Position numbers and translations under genes: made by a program. The notes beneath the pieces are model-generated. The model did no database searches. It worked only from the letters and a program-made list of their open reading frames with translations, and was not told the origin of the DNA. Shown here piece after piece: positions 27,041 to 38,460 of a DNA stretch of 64,000 bases; position 1 is the first letter of the stretch, and every line of letters begins with the position of its first letter. Origin of the DNA: Octopus sinensis (taxonomy: Eukaryota); contig NC_043004.1 in NCBI RefSeq assembly GCF_006345805.1, positions 62,372,001 to 62,436,000 on the forward strand. Direction: 5' to 3'.

Positions 27041-27346
27041 CATATATATATATATTATATACATATATATATATACATATATATACATTATATATATATA
27101 TATATATATATACATATATATTATACATATATATATATACATATTATATATATTATATATTATATATATAATATATATATTTATACATACATATGTGTGT
27201 ATGTCTATATATGTGTGTGGGTATGCATGTATATATATATATATATATATATAGTAAATCCCCAAAGAGAAGACACAAAAAACATCATCGCGAGGACGTG
27301 GCACATTTAAAGTATCAGCAGACAGTCAGAGAAGGAAATGAAGACG

Positions 27347-27381
27347 GTTTAATGTTTCGGGCAACGCTCTTCTTCCGGAAC
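27347..27381 (-). ncRNA. Degenerate minimal type I hammerhead motif
   Basis: Minus strand: guuc CGGAAGA A gagc-guu-gccc GAAAC AUU aaac. It has U4->G and GUU->AUU substitutions relative to a functional core. Confidence 0.45.
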
Positions 27382-27434
27382 AGAGGAAAGGGCACTAGAA
27401 AGGGACAACGATGCACTTCTAAAATTATTATATA

Positions 27435-27489
<55 letters not shown>

Positions 27490-27500
27490 CATATTTATAT

Positions 27501-27550
<50 letters not shown>

Positions 27551-27723
27551 ATAAATATGAGGGAATAAATCCAAATTTACAGGGAAAAAATCAGATTTAG
27601 GATTAAATCGATTTTATAGTAAAATATTATAAAATATTATTCGAGACAAAACCACTATTTTGCAAAACAAACAAGGAAAGACTTAATCAATACATAAATT
27701 TTAATAAATAGTCAAAAAAACCG

Positions 27724-27766
27724 CCACTACAATCGTTTCTTGTCTTGATCAACAATCTTCAGGTGG
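27724..27766 (-). ncRNA. Mirror-image hammerhead in the left palindrome arm
   Basis: Same fold; one stem II pair is U-G instead of C-G. Confidence 0.78.
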
Positions 27767-27800
27767 ACTTCCAATAATTTGACACTGAATTATTGGAAGT

Positions 27801-27843
27801 CCACCTGAAGATTGTCGATCAAGACAAGAAACGATTGTAGTGG
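27801..27843 (+). ncRNA. Minimal type I hammerhead ribozyme (Penelope-like)
   Basis: Stem I ccac/gtgg; core CUGAAGA; stem II uuguc-gaucaa-gacaa; GAAA; stem III C-gauu-G; GUA triplet with the predicted cut after 27839. Confidence 0.8.
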
Positions 27844-28074
27844 CGGTTTTTTTTACTATTTATTAAAATTTATGTATCGATTAAGTCTTTCCTTGTTTGT
27901 TTTGCAAAATAGTGGTTTTGTCTCGAATAATATTTTATATATATATATATATATATACACACACATATATATATATATACACATATATATAATATATATA
28001 CACACATATATATATATACATATATATATACATATATACATATATATATACATCTATATATATACATATATATA

Positions 28075-28285
28075 TATAGATGTTGATTCGTTAGCTACTG
28101 CACGCATTTTTTTTCTCTCCTTCTTTCTGTGTTTTTCTCTCTCTGTGTATCTTTCTGTTGAAGAGCGTAGGCTCGAACGTTAAAGACTTGTTTTATTTAT
28201 ATTTCCTGAGCGCCATACTAATACAATTGTTCGTTTGTTTTCCACCTGCCTTCGTCTTTTGTTTATTTTCATAAAGCTTCCCGTT
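28075..28285 (+). mobile_element. Short Penelope-terminus-like repeat with a degenerate hammerhead (28150-28186)
   Basis: ucuuu CUGUUGA A gagc-guag-gcuc GAAC GUU aaaga. A related copy lies at 51430-51625. Confidence 0.55.
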
Positions 28286-28398
28286 ATATATACATATATA
28301 TATAAACATATATATATATACATATATATATAAACATATATATATATAAACATATATATATACATATATATATATATATACATATATATACATATATA

Positions 28399-28461
<63 letters not shown>

Positions 28462-28758
28462 GTGAAATATGTATGTGTGTGTGTTTCTGTGTGTGGCAAG
28501 ATAGATGTATAAGAGATATATACATGCATACAAACAACATTCTATGTTGTATAGAAATGACGAAATTCAACAATATGCTGAAGACGTATGTATATTTAAT
28601 TGTATCTATATACAGAGTTTAGACAAAATAATGGACACATCATAATAAAATAATTTAGAAATATCTATAAAACCGTCATAAGCTTGTTTATTTTAATGTT
28701 TTTGATTTATTATTTGTGTTGCTTAATATGTTTTGCTAAAATTGTTGATTGTTTTCAG

Positions 28759-28962
28759 GTGTTATCAGCAAAAAGGTAATTAAAATACATTAAAATGACA
28801 GACCTATCAGACATTCGGAGAAGTGAAATCGTTCACAACCGTATGTCAGGCGCGAGCCGAAATGTATGGTGTATCAAGAAGTATTGTCTCGAACGGGGTA
28901 TGAACACATGCTATAAAAGCAAGTTTGAAGGACATGATAATCGCATTTCATAATTTCTAGAG
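28759..28962 (+). other. Candidate spliced exon, non-coding or carrying a 52-aa small ORF
   Basis: Acceptor 'gttttcag|' and donor 'AG|GTAAGC'. All three frames close near the start; ATG 28795 to TAA 28953. Confidence 0.25.
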
Positions 28963-29039
28963 GTAAGCAAATAGGAAACGACTATTGTTACCCAGGGATA
29001 AATACTGCGCTAAAGTGTTATATTCTTTTGTACTGTAGC

Positions 29040-29195
29040 GTCAAGGCCCGAACTTTTGTGGGTGAGTGTCAGTAGATTAGACCGATTCTAGTACGCAACT
29101 GGTACTTAATTTATCGACCCCGAAACGATGAAAGGCAAAGTAGACTGCTGTGGAATTTGAACTCAGAACATAAAGACAGACGATATACCGCTATA
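29040..29195 (-). mobile_element. Family M SINE
   Basis: 'actggtacttaatttatcgaccccgaaacgatgaaaggcaaagtagac...ggaatttgaactcagaac'. Confidence 0.8.
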
Positions 29196-29234
29196 GCCGG
29201 ATTAGTACCGCCCACTTTGAAGGGTATGCGTTTG

Positions 29235-30130
29235 CAATCTAGGAATAGGAACTAACAACCAATTACTTGATGCACAAAAGGGATAGAGATGTTGGAAAAG
29301 ACGTAAAATGTGACAACCGATGGAGACTTTGTGGAGTTCACTCTGAAGATATCCGCACATCATAAGCAGTTATCCGAAAATGTCATCACGGTTATATCTA
29401 ATGAAGAGACATGACGTTGCATTTAAGACACTATATTATGGAATCTGTCGGAAGGATAAAAACTCACAATATGGTAGAAGCCATAGATGCTCATAACAAA
29501 AAGGAATAGTGGTGGAAGGTTCCAGTGAAGACCTCAATAAAATATAAGCACAACAGACCTGATATAATGATCTGGGATGGAGAAGGGAAACTGTGTACAG
29601 TTGTGGAAATTAGCTGCCCAACATAAAGCTGAAGATAGTGAGAATGACCCTAACATAAAGCTGAAGATAGTGAGAATGAGAACACCTATGCTGAACTATA
29701 GAGAAATGTGCAGTTACTCTATCCAGAGTACAAGTTCATGTTTATGAATCTAATTATTGGGGCACTGGGATAAGTGACACCCTGCCTAAATGCCAAATTT
29801 GAGAAATTTGGCTTCTCAAGACCAGAAAGTTGAAAGTTAATTCGAAGACTACAGGTCCAGTCCATCAATGGAACTGTAAAAGTCTGTAAAACTTTCCAGA
29901 AGTTTATCATTTAAATATATATGAGCAAGTCTAGATATGTAACTATATGCATGAGAATACATACCTAAAACATACAGATCTGGACATCATACATACAAAA
30001 ATACTCAAGTTGTTGATGTTGAAATTCCAGTGAAGTTAGCCTTGTATCTAGGATAGAAACCATTTTTTCTTTGTTGGCAAGAAATCTTGAAATAAACTGG
30101 ATAATGACATACATACATACACACATACAT
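29235..30130 (+). mobile_element. 5'-truncated R4-type (RLE) non-LTR retrotransposon, family 3
   Basis: Decayed CCHC knuckle 'NRWRLCGVHSEDI..HIISSYP...RHD', then 'HNRPDIMIWDGEGKLCTVVEISCP' and 'LIIGALG...GTVKVCKTFQKFII*' (stop 29912-14), a 3' UTR and an (ACAT)n tail. Contains a ~28-bp internal duplication near 29620-29680. Confidence 0.85.
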
Positions 30131-32454
30131 ATCTATATACATACGCACAGATAGGTAGTCGGACAGACATGCAGCTTGGCGATTAACGTTTTTAGCTCTT
30201 GTTAAGCAACGAGTAACACAATGATACCTTTCTTCAGTAAAGGTTTAACAGAGATGGTGTGCACACCACTGTCGCACTATATTTCCCCGCCAAACATACA
30301 CGTGAATATTTAGCTTCATGACAAACCTGAACAACTAAACATGATGAAATATATTCCAGCCGTTATCGTTCACGCCTTTATTATGACATAAAGTAAATAA
30401 AACCAGATTACCCAAGGATAATCAAATCGTAAAACATTCTATTTGCTTTAAACTACGAAGCGCAAGTAGAAAAAAAAAAGCACTGTAGTTTGAAGTATTG
30501 CTCAACATTGCTATTTTATGGCTAGCCGGTTTCCCTTATTATCTTCTAGCATGAAAAACGGCCATCAAAATATCATCGTAGTTACTTCATATCATAGCTT
30601 TACGGTTAGAGCAATAATGGTATAAAGAAAAAGATACGGAAATAATGTTATGCGAAATTTGAAAGGTCACTAAATGATGTATTTCAGTTCAGATATTTCT
30701 TACTTTCGTATGTGCATCAGAGTATATGTCACAGAAAATTACTTCTCTGCACCTTATTCTAACGTCCATTTCGTATAAGACACCGCCTTGTATAATATAT
30801 TTTAAAATCAGATTTTACACGGAATGTCGGCTGTCAGGACTTGGATGTTTATGACGGTGATGTTCTACAACCTTCAAGCAGCACAACATGTTCGAACGAT
30901 ACTGTATATTTTATTTGCTTCTGTTATTTCCTCTCAGCCTGATAGCTTCTACAAAACTACTTATTCTTTACAAAGCATAAAATAAAAAGCTACTTGCATA
31001 AGAGTGATTTGAATGAAGACATGTTATTAACAGTGTGCCGCGGTGTGGAATAGTGTTGGAAATAATGAAACGAGACATAAGATCGCTTTCAGTAAAGATA
31101 TTTGTATGTTAGTTGAGAAAAGAATAATTTACACATATATTTAAATAGTATAGAAATTCATAGAGCTGTCCGAAAATGTCCCCGTGTGTGTAAGTACTTT
31201 TAAAATAACACATGAATCAATTTCGCAAGAAATATGGTGTCGATTTGGAGATCGTACTGGTTACGCTTTTGTTAAATTCACTTGTATTTTGTAAACGTGG
31301 AATCTAGCCAAATAGCTTTTGCGTATGGAATAGATTTGGCAATTGGCCAGATCAGATTTAGCAATCTCCCTCCATCAGGAATGGCTGGTTTATTTCCTTG
31401 AATTTCATGACAGTTACACAGTGGATTTTACCCTTGATTTAAGATATTGATGATTAGGTTCTGTATTCATGTATTTCAGTGTTCGATTAAAAATAAGAAC
31501 AATAAAATATATAGGTGAAGATATGAATGTGTTACCAAATATTCCAATATGGTGGGTTTGGTGATTATATAGACCAAATATGGCAAATAAACTACGTCAA
31601 AGTTTATTGAAGATGCTACTATTCAAAATTTATAGTTATACTTAACACCATAAATTTCCACTCACAATTTTCTGTGATATCCGATCTATGTATTATAATC
31701 ATGTATTGAACATTGCCCCATTCGTCACACAAACTAAAGAGAAGAGAACTATTACAGTAAGCTAATTTTAATGGCAACTTTGGCTAAAGTTATACATTTT
31801 ATAATATAAGCATGATATAATTATATACAGTTCTTAGTATTATTCCGTAGTACTACATAAGTGTAAAGGTGAAATATAGTTTTAAGTGTGAATATATATA
31901 TATATTGGCGTTGTCTCTTTTTAACCTTAAAATCTTAAAAATTGAGGCACCTGAGAATCCTGCCAATTTTCGAATTTATAGCATTTCACATTTAGAACAT
32001 GCAGAACAAAATTTTGGAGGTGTCTCGAGTATATGAAAAGCAACCCAGTATATTTATATTTAACAAAGTCATAAATTGTTCTCATAATGTTGAAATTAAT
32101 CTACATGCATATGTTGAAAGTTTGCAATAAATCTAATTTTAAAAATTACAAAAAAATTGGGGACAGTACCTCTACATGGTGACTAGATCTGCTGCAAATA
32201 GAAGGTAGATATTTTGGTAAAAATGCTATATTTCCGAAATATGTGTACACATCAAAATGCCATACCATATATATGAAAAAGTCAATAGACATGTTCTCCA
32301 TATAGCATAAATTAGTGTACATTTAAACTCAAAGAAGCAACCCTTAACAGACAGCCTTACACGCTATAAGGGGCAGTCCAAAACGACCAAAACCACATTT
32401 AAGGGCAATCTCGAAGGAATCAAAATTAAAGATTTTTTCCTTGTTTTCTTTTTT

Positions 32455-32529
32455 ACAGCCAAACATAGGTTTCAAAATCTAATTAGCAAATAAAATAATT
32501 TGCTAGGCAGGGTTCTCATCAGTGGCTAC
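32455..32529 (-). ncRNA. Type I hammerhead ribozyme with an extended stem II
   Basis: Stem I guagcca/uggcugu; CUGAUGA; stem II with an 8-bp uagcaaau/auuugcua hairpin; GAAA C-cuau-G; GUU triplet. Confidence 0.72.
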
Positions 32530-32872
32530 GCCAAAACATTAACATATAATCTAGAGACAGAATAACACGTGCCTCATCATTATATATTATAATTTTTCAA
32601 ATTCACCGTGCAAGGGTCGCTTTTCCTTTCTTGTGTTTAAATTTACACTAATTTTGTATAGAGTATATGTTGTCTATTGACTTTTTAAACATGCTAGGCC
32701 ACTGGTAGTGAAAGTTCTAAAACTTCGCTACCGTATATTTTACGCATATGATTTTAACAATTGCTGAAGATTAATTCGGCATTTTTTTCATTTCCTGCCG
32801 ACTAAAAGCGCATTATAATAAATAATGTGGAGTCACGTGTTATTCTGTTTGATTATATGTTAATGTTTTGAC

Positions 32873-32947
32873 GTAGCCCCTGATAAGAACTCCGCCTAGT
32901 AAATTATTTTATTTGCTAACTAGAGTTTGTTCTCTAGGTATGACTGT
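32873..32947 (+). ncRNA. Inactivated paralogous hammerhead
   Basis: Core CUGAUAA and GAAAC->GUUCU (predicted dead). The basal stem II gaacuc/gaguuu pairs fully and 'cuag GUA' is retained. Confidence 0.6.
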
Positions 32948-33152
32948 AGAAAAAAACAGTTAAAAGTTTTTATTTTTAATTCCCTTCGAAATTGCACTTA
33001 AATGAGGTTTTCGTCGTTTTGACTGCCCCTTCTAGCGTGTAAGTCAGCCTGTTAAGGGTCCCCTCTTTTGTGTTTAAACGTGCACTAATTTTATATACAT
33101 ATATGTACATACAAACATACACACGCGCCTTCACGGTATATATATATATTAT

Positions 33153-33199
<47 letters not shown>

Positions 33200-33207
33200 T
33201 ATATATA

Positions 33208-33281
<74 letters not shown>

Positions 33282-33282
<1 letters not shown>

Positions 33283-33577
33283 GAAGCGCAATGGCCCAGT
33301 GGTTAGGGCAGCGGACTCGCGGTCGTAGGATCGCGGTTTCGATTCCCCGACCGGGCGTTGTGTGTGTTTATTGAGCCAGAACACCTAAAAGCTCCACGAG
33401 GCTCCGGCAGGGGGTGGCGATCCCTGCTGTACTCCTTCACCACTCTTAGTCTCATTCTTTCTTCTGTTGGCCTGCTCGCTTAGCCAGCGGGGTGGCGTCA
33501 TTCGAAGGCTAAATCAATGCGAACGCATTGTGACCAGCGATGTGTAGCAACATCTGATTGTCTGGTCGATCACGTGA
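33282..33577 (+). mobile_element. Arg-tRNA-type SINE, tail B, full length
   Basis: tRNA-like head plus 'ggcctgctcgcttagccagcggggtggcgtca...gcattgtgaccagcgatgtgtagcaacatctga'. Confidence 0.9.
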
Positions 33578-34169
33578 TATATATATATATATATATAATA
33601 TATATATGTACATACATACACAAGCGCGCACACCCAAAGAGTATACATATATATATATATACATATAAAATACCGATCATATCAAATGGGCATGGGAATA
33701 TAAATTTATATATTTACATCGTCGTTATATTCACTGCGGTGGTATTTTGACCATATAGCACCTTCAGTTTAGACGGGCAATTAAACCGGTCGTGTGCATA
33801 AATACATATAAATATGTGTCTATACGTGCGTACATGTACGTATTCATATGTTGTATGTGTGTGTATATATATATATATATATACATATGTGTGTGTGTGT
33901 GTGTGTGTGTGTAATTATGTACTATCTGTGTATATCCCACAGAAGAGGCAGCGTATATTTTAATACAAACCAAAAATCTAGATCTGGGATTATCCAATAT
34001 TTTTTTCCTAGTTTATTGGTCTACTTGTCTTTTCTCCTGTTGCTGTATGAATATTTGAATGGGTTTTAGAGTTAAGTTCTGAATCCAATCTCAAGCATGG
34101 CGGTATCTTTTAGATACCCTTAATTATAATGATATATCTCTATATACGGTGCGCGTGTGTCTGTGTATG

Positions 34170-34203
<34 letters not shown>

Positions 34204-34232
34204 CATACATGCATATATATATATATATACAA

Positions 34233-34263
<31 letters not shown>

Positions 34264-34279
34264 TATACACACACATACG

Positions 34280-34315
<36 letters not shown>

Positions 34316-34320
34316 CATGT

Positions 34321-34631
34321 GGAAGCGCAATGGCCCAGTGGTTAGGGCAGCAGACTCGCGGTCGTAGGATCGCAGTTTCGATTTCCAGACCGGGCGTTGT
34401 GAGTGTTTATTGGGCGAAAACACCTAAAAACTCTCCAAGGCTCCAGCAGGGCCTGGTGGCGATCCCTGCAGTATTCTTTCGTCACAACCTTCTCACAGTC
34501 TTCTCTATATTGGCCTGCTCGCTTAACCAGCGGAGTGGCGTCATTTGAAGGCTAAAACAATTCGAAGCGCATTGTAACCAGTGATGTGTAGCAACATCTG
34601 ATAGCCTGGCCGGTCACGGTGATCACGGTGA
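34321..34631 (+). mobile_element. Arg-tRNA-type SINE, tail B, full length
   Basis: As 33282; ends 'ggtcacggtgatcacggtgat'. Confidence 0.9.
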
Positions 34632-35304
34632 TATACATACATATATATCGATACATACATACTCACACAAACAAACATTAAATATGAAACGAAATATTCA
34701 AGACAGAATCTAATTCGATCATATGTATAAACGCTCAGATCTGACCTAAACAACAACAACAGGATCGATGACCAGGCTTAAATTTGAATATTCATTTTCT
34801 TTTGTAAGAGATTTGCTAAAAAATGTACACACATCATATTATTTAACCTTGAACTCTTCTAAGATAATATTGCCATTCAGCAGTACTTTACAACACATTA
34901 CGATTGATTAAACGGATAGCTTTAGTACAATTGCTTAGATTTGAGATTAAATTTAGTTTTAAGCAAATATTTGATTAATTCGTTCACAGAAATGCCGGCG
35001 CCAATTTGTACATTTTCTTTATTATAACTGAAAAATAAAATAAAAATCACCATTTTTTTACGATTTCAAATAAAATAAATATAACATACTACGCTTACTT
35101 AACGCTAGACTATTATCCCACTCAGCTGGTAAAAAAAAAAACCCACTTCGAATAGCTTAGTAAAAAACATTGTTCTCCGTGACAAATATCTGATGAATTA
35201 ATTGCTCTTACTATCTATTTGCAACGGCAGACTTTTCATTTACACACACATACACACGCACATGCGCACACACAAACATACCTGCACACACAAGTATCGG
35301 CTTC

Positions 35305-35504
35305 AAATTTTGGCAGAAAGGAAGCAACGTCGGGGAAGGACTAAGTCGATTACATCGACCACAGTATATAACTGGTACTTTATTTTATCGACCCGGAAAG
35401 GATGAATGATAAAGTCGAACTCAGAGGAGTTTGGACGTAACGACGGACAAAATGCCACTAAGCATTTCTTCCCGGCGTGCTAACGATCCTGCTATCTCGC
35501 CGCC
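35305..35504 (-). mobile_element. Family M SINE
   Basis: 'aagtcgattacatcgacc...actggtacttt...tatcgacccggaaaggatgaa...ccggcgtgctaacgatcctgctatctcgccgcc'. Confidence 0.8.
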
Positions 35505-36503
35505 TTAAACACACACATATTTACATAACCACACACACATAAGCGCGAGTAGACACACAGAAACAAACACACACACACACACAACACACACACACACACA
35601 CACACACACATGCATATCTATACGTATATACAGGAAGAATCTTTTTTCAAATGTAACTGGTAAGTGGCTTGTGAAATTGAGAAAAATATTGAGGTTCTTT
35701 ATATTAGTAGGCAACCACAATAATTGGTGGAAAGTCAAGTCTATTTAATCGGCCCTCATATGTGAATGATATATTATCTTGCTTTATCAACCGCAGGAAA
35801 CTGAAGGTTTGGCCTCACATACATTGTAGTAAAAGGTGTAATACGATATAACTCGAGAGGACATAACTAATTTCGTCATCATTCTCGAAAATCTCCCCAT
35901 CAAGAGAGCTGAATTGTGAAAGACTAAATTATTTTTTCTAAATTCCAGAAAAAATATTACGAAACATTATTTGCATATATTAATACTGATTTCTAAAACA
36001 TATAATCTCAGATAGTGTTTACGTAAAAATCTTTCTCCATTCACGTCTTGTTTAACGTTACTCAATAGCCAAATTATCTATAGAAAATTGTACATACAAT
36101 CAATATAATCGGTAGCTCAAAACGGAGTGTCTGGTTGGGTTATTACAAACTTTGTGAAGCATGAATATCTATATAACAAAACCATGGCTTTATTTTACTT
36201 TGGTAAAAGATTCTTTTACTGAAACGAAGTTGTTTTATATTGGTCTACTCATACTCAATCAACAGTAATTCAACTTTGTAGACGACAGTAGAGATAAAAT
36301 GGCAAATGTATATCGGTATATATGTGTCTGTATATCACATAATTTATAATATGCAGCTGCATGTGTATATACATATACATACACACACACACACATATAT
36401 ATACATATATATATATATTTATGTATATATATATACATATATATATATACATATATATATATATGTATATATACATACATATATATATATAATATATATA
36501 TAT

Positions 36504-36541
<38 letters not shown>

Positions 36542-36562
36542 GCATATAATACATATACTGTA

Positions 36563-36604
<42 letters not shown>

Positions 36605-37375
36605 GCATCATATCATATCATGTAAGAATGACCGAATTAATTTGAACTTGCAGGCTAAAAGGTAGTGGAAAATCAAATTGAGAAGATAGGTCTAAAATTT
36701 GTCTGACTAAAATCCATCATACTAAACTGAAAGAACTCCAGCATTGAATTTAGGCAATATTGATGAGAACATCCCTGATAAGTGCACACCTACATTAAAG
36801 AATATTATGAAACATGATTTATGGTTTAGTCTTTACGAAGTTTTTATTGACTCACCAATATTAGCAATCGAAAGACGAATCCAATCAATTAGATATTTCC
36901 ATTATGCTTCCATTTACCACATCACCTGGCACAAGTCACAATGAATGACCATGAAAAACTCAAACCTGTGCAAAGAGGAAGATGTTCTAACGACTAGAAA
37001 AATTAATTCTATTTAAAGTATTCCGGGAAAGTGGACATGCAAGATATATTCGATATTACCACGGTATCTACTAATACCGTTCAATTCACCGACATAATAG
37101 GTATATACATTCTATTCTGTATAATTAAGGCATTACCGTAATTATTTAAAACAATTTCCTTCGACCTCATGCGACTTAAAGATTCGTTTAAGTCTGACAG
37201 ATCCCTAGCTCATCGGATCACTGGACCGGTTTCTTAGCCGAGCCATCTACGTTTCTGTAAGAAGTCTACAAAGCTTTCTGTCACAAGAAGCCGAAGCAAT
37301 CACATATTAATAATAATATATACAATGTTTAAATTCTAATAAATGCGTCGAGTGCGTTTTTCTTTCGTTTGTCAA

Positions 37376-37432
<57 letters not shown>

Positions 37433-38269
37433 AACACGCACGCAGATACACACAGAAGCGTATATTTACAAACATATGTACTGTAACATTTTCATGTCTA
37501 AGATACAAGTACGAAATCTTAAAGCATATCTAAACAAAGAATTTCTGAAAAATAACAAAATATCTATAAGATCTAAAATTAGAAAACATATTAAGATTTG
37601 TGTGGAAGACATTTCTGCAATTCCAACAATATTTTTGAAGAAATATCGATTTTGCTTCATCAAGTATTATTTTACATGGACGTGAAATAGTATTATTTCA
37701 ACGATATTATTGATCTGTTCGTCTTATTCCAGATAGATCCGCTACGTTTTTACTTTAAACCTGGCATGCAAAAATATATCAAATAGTGTTTAATCCACAA
37801 TTTTCATGGTGTATCGAGAAATTGGCAAACGACTGAAGTCTCTGCACTTTCATTTTACATTTAGACAGAACAACTAAATCACACACAATACACACCACCG
37901 CTTACAAATGTGTTCAGGACACATGGGTCTATATATCCCCGAATTTAATTTATCGTAAAATAAACGTGATTATCCTAGGCCTCAAGGATAAAGCCTACCA
38001 TAGATATATACAAAGAATATCATGTTAAACTATATTGTTCCATTTTGAATACGAAATATTTACTTTCTTTCATAAATGTTCCATTTCATACAGAGATTTT
38101 TGTTTATATATTTTCCTTTAAGCATTGGAATGTATGAATTCTTTTACAATTTACAAGTTGAAGAATATTTCAGAACAATCAGGGACATGTTTTTGTATAC
38201 AATGAATATTAAGCTGAGAGCATTCACTTGTTGTTTAAGATAATGCACTATTGCTTTTAAGCCGCCTAA

Positions 38270-38460
38270 GGCGGTGATCTAGGAAAATCGTTTGCAGGAC
38301 GAACAAAACGATTAGCGAGGTTTCTGATAGTTCTTTTGCACCATGAGTTCAAATGACACTAAGATCGACTTTGCCTTCATCCATTTCGATGCTGTTAGAA
38401 TAAGTAGCAGTTGCACACTAGGTCAAATGTTATCGACCAGCCACCTGCTTCTAAACTTCT
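38270..38460 (+). mobile_element. Degenerate family M SINE
   Basis: 'aaggcggtgatctagg...gagttcaaat...gactttgccttcatcc...aataagtagcag'. Confidence 0.6.

Larger units (their letters stand above)
27628..27939. repeat. 312-bp near-perfect palindrome (152-bp arms, 8-nt loop)
   Basis: Arms 27628-27779 and 27788-27939 differ at 3 positions; loop 'tgacactg'. Confidence 0.97.
26905..28460. repeat. Large (TA)n/(CA)n tract interrupted by ribozyme-bearing inserts
   Basis: TA runs separated by inserts at ~27255-27430, 27545-27939 and 28075-28285. Confidence 0.9.
32276..33092. mobile_element. Inverted plus tandem ~440-nt hammerhead-bearing unit (Penelope pseudo-LTR or retrozyme-like)
   Basis: 32308-32592 is an ~80% inverted match to 32812-33092. 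'aagggtc...cactaatttt' recurs directly at 32612-32655 and 33054-33092. 'tgtctattgacttttt' occurs at 32671 (+) and 32276-91 (-). Confidence 0.8.

Noticed and set aside
32308-33092. Interpretation as a simple long-TIR MITE
   Set aside because: No target-site duplication, and the terminal segment recurs internally as a direct repeat; a tandem unit with inversion fits better.
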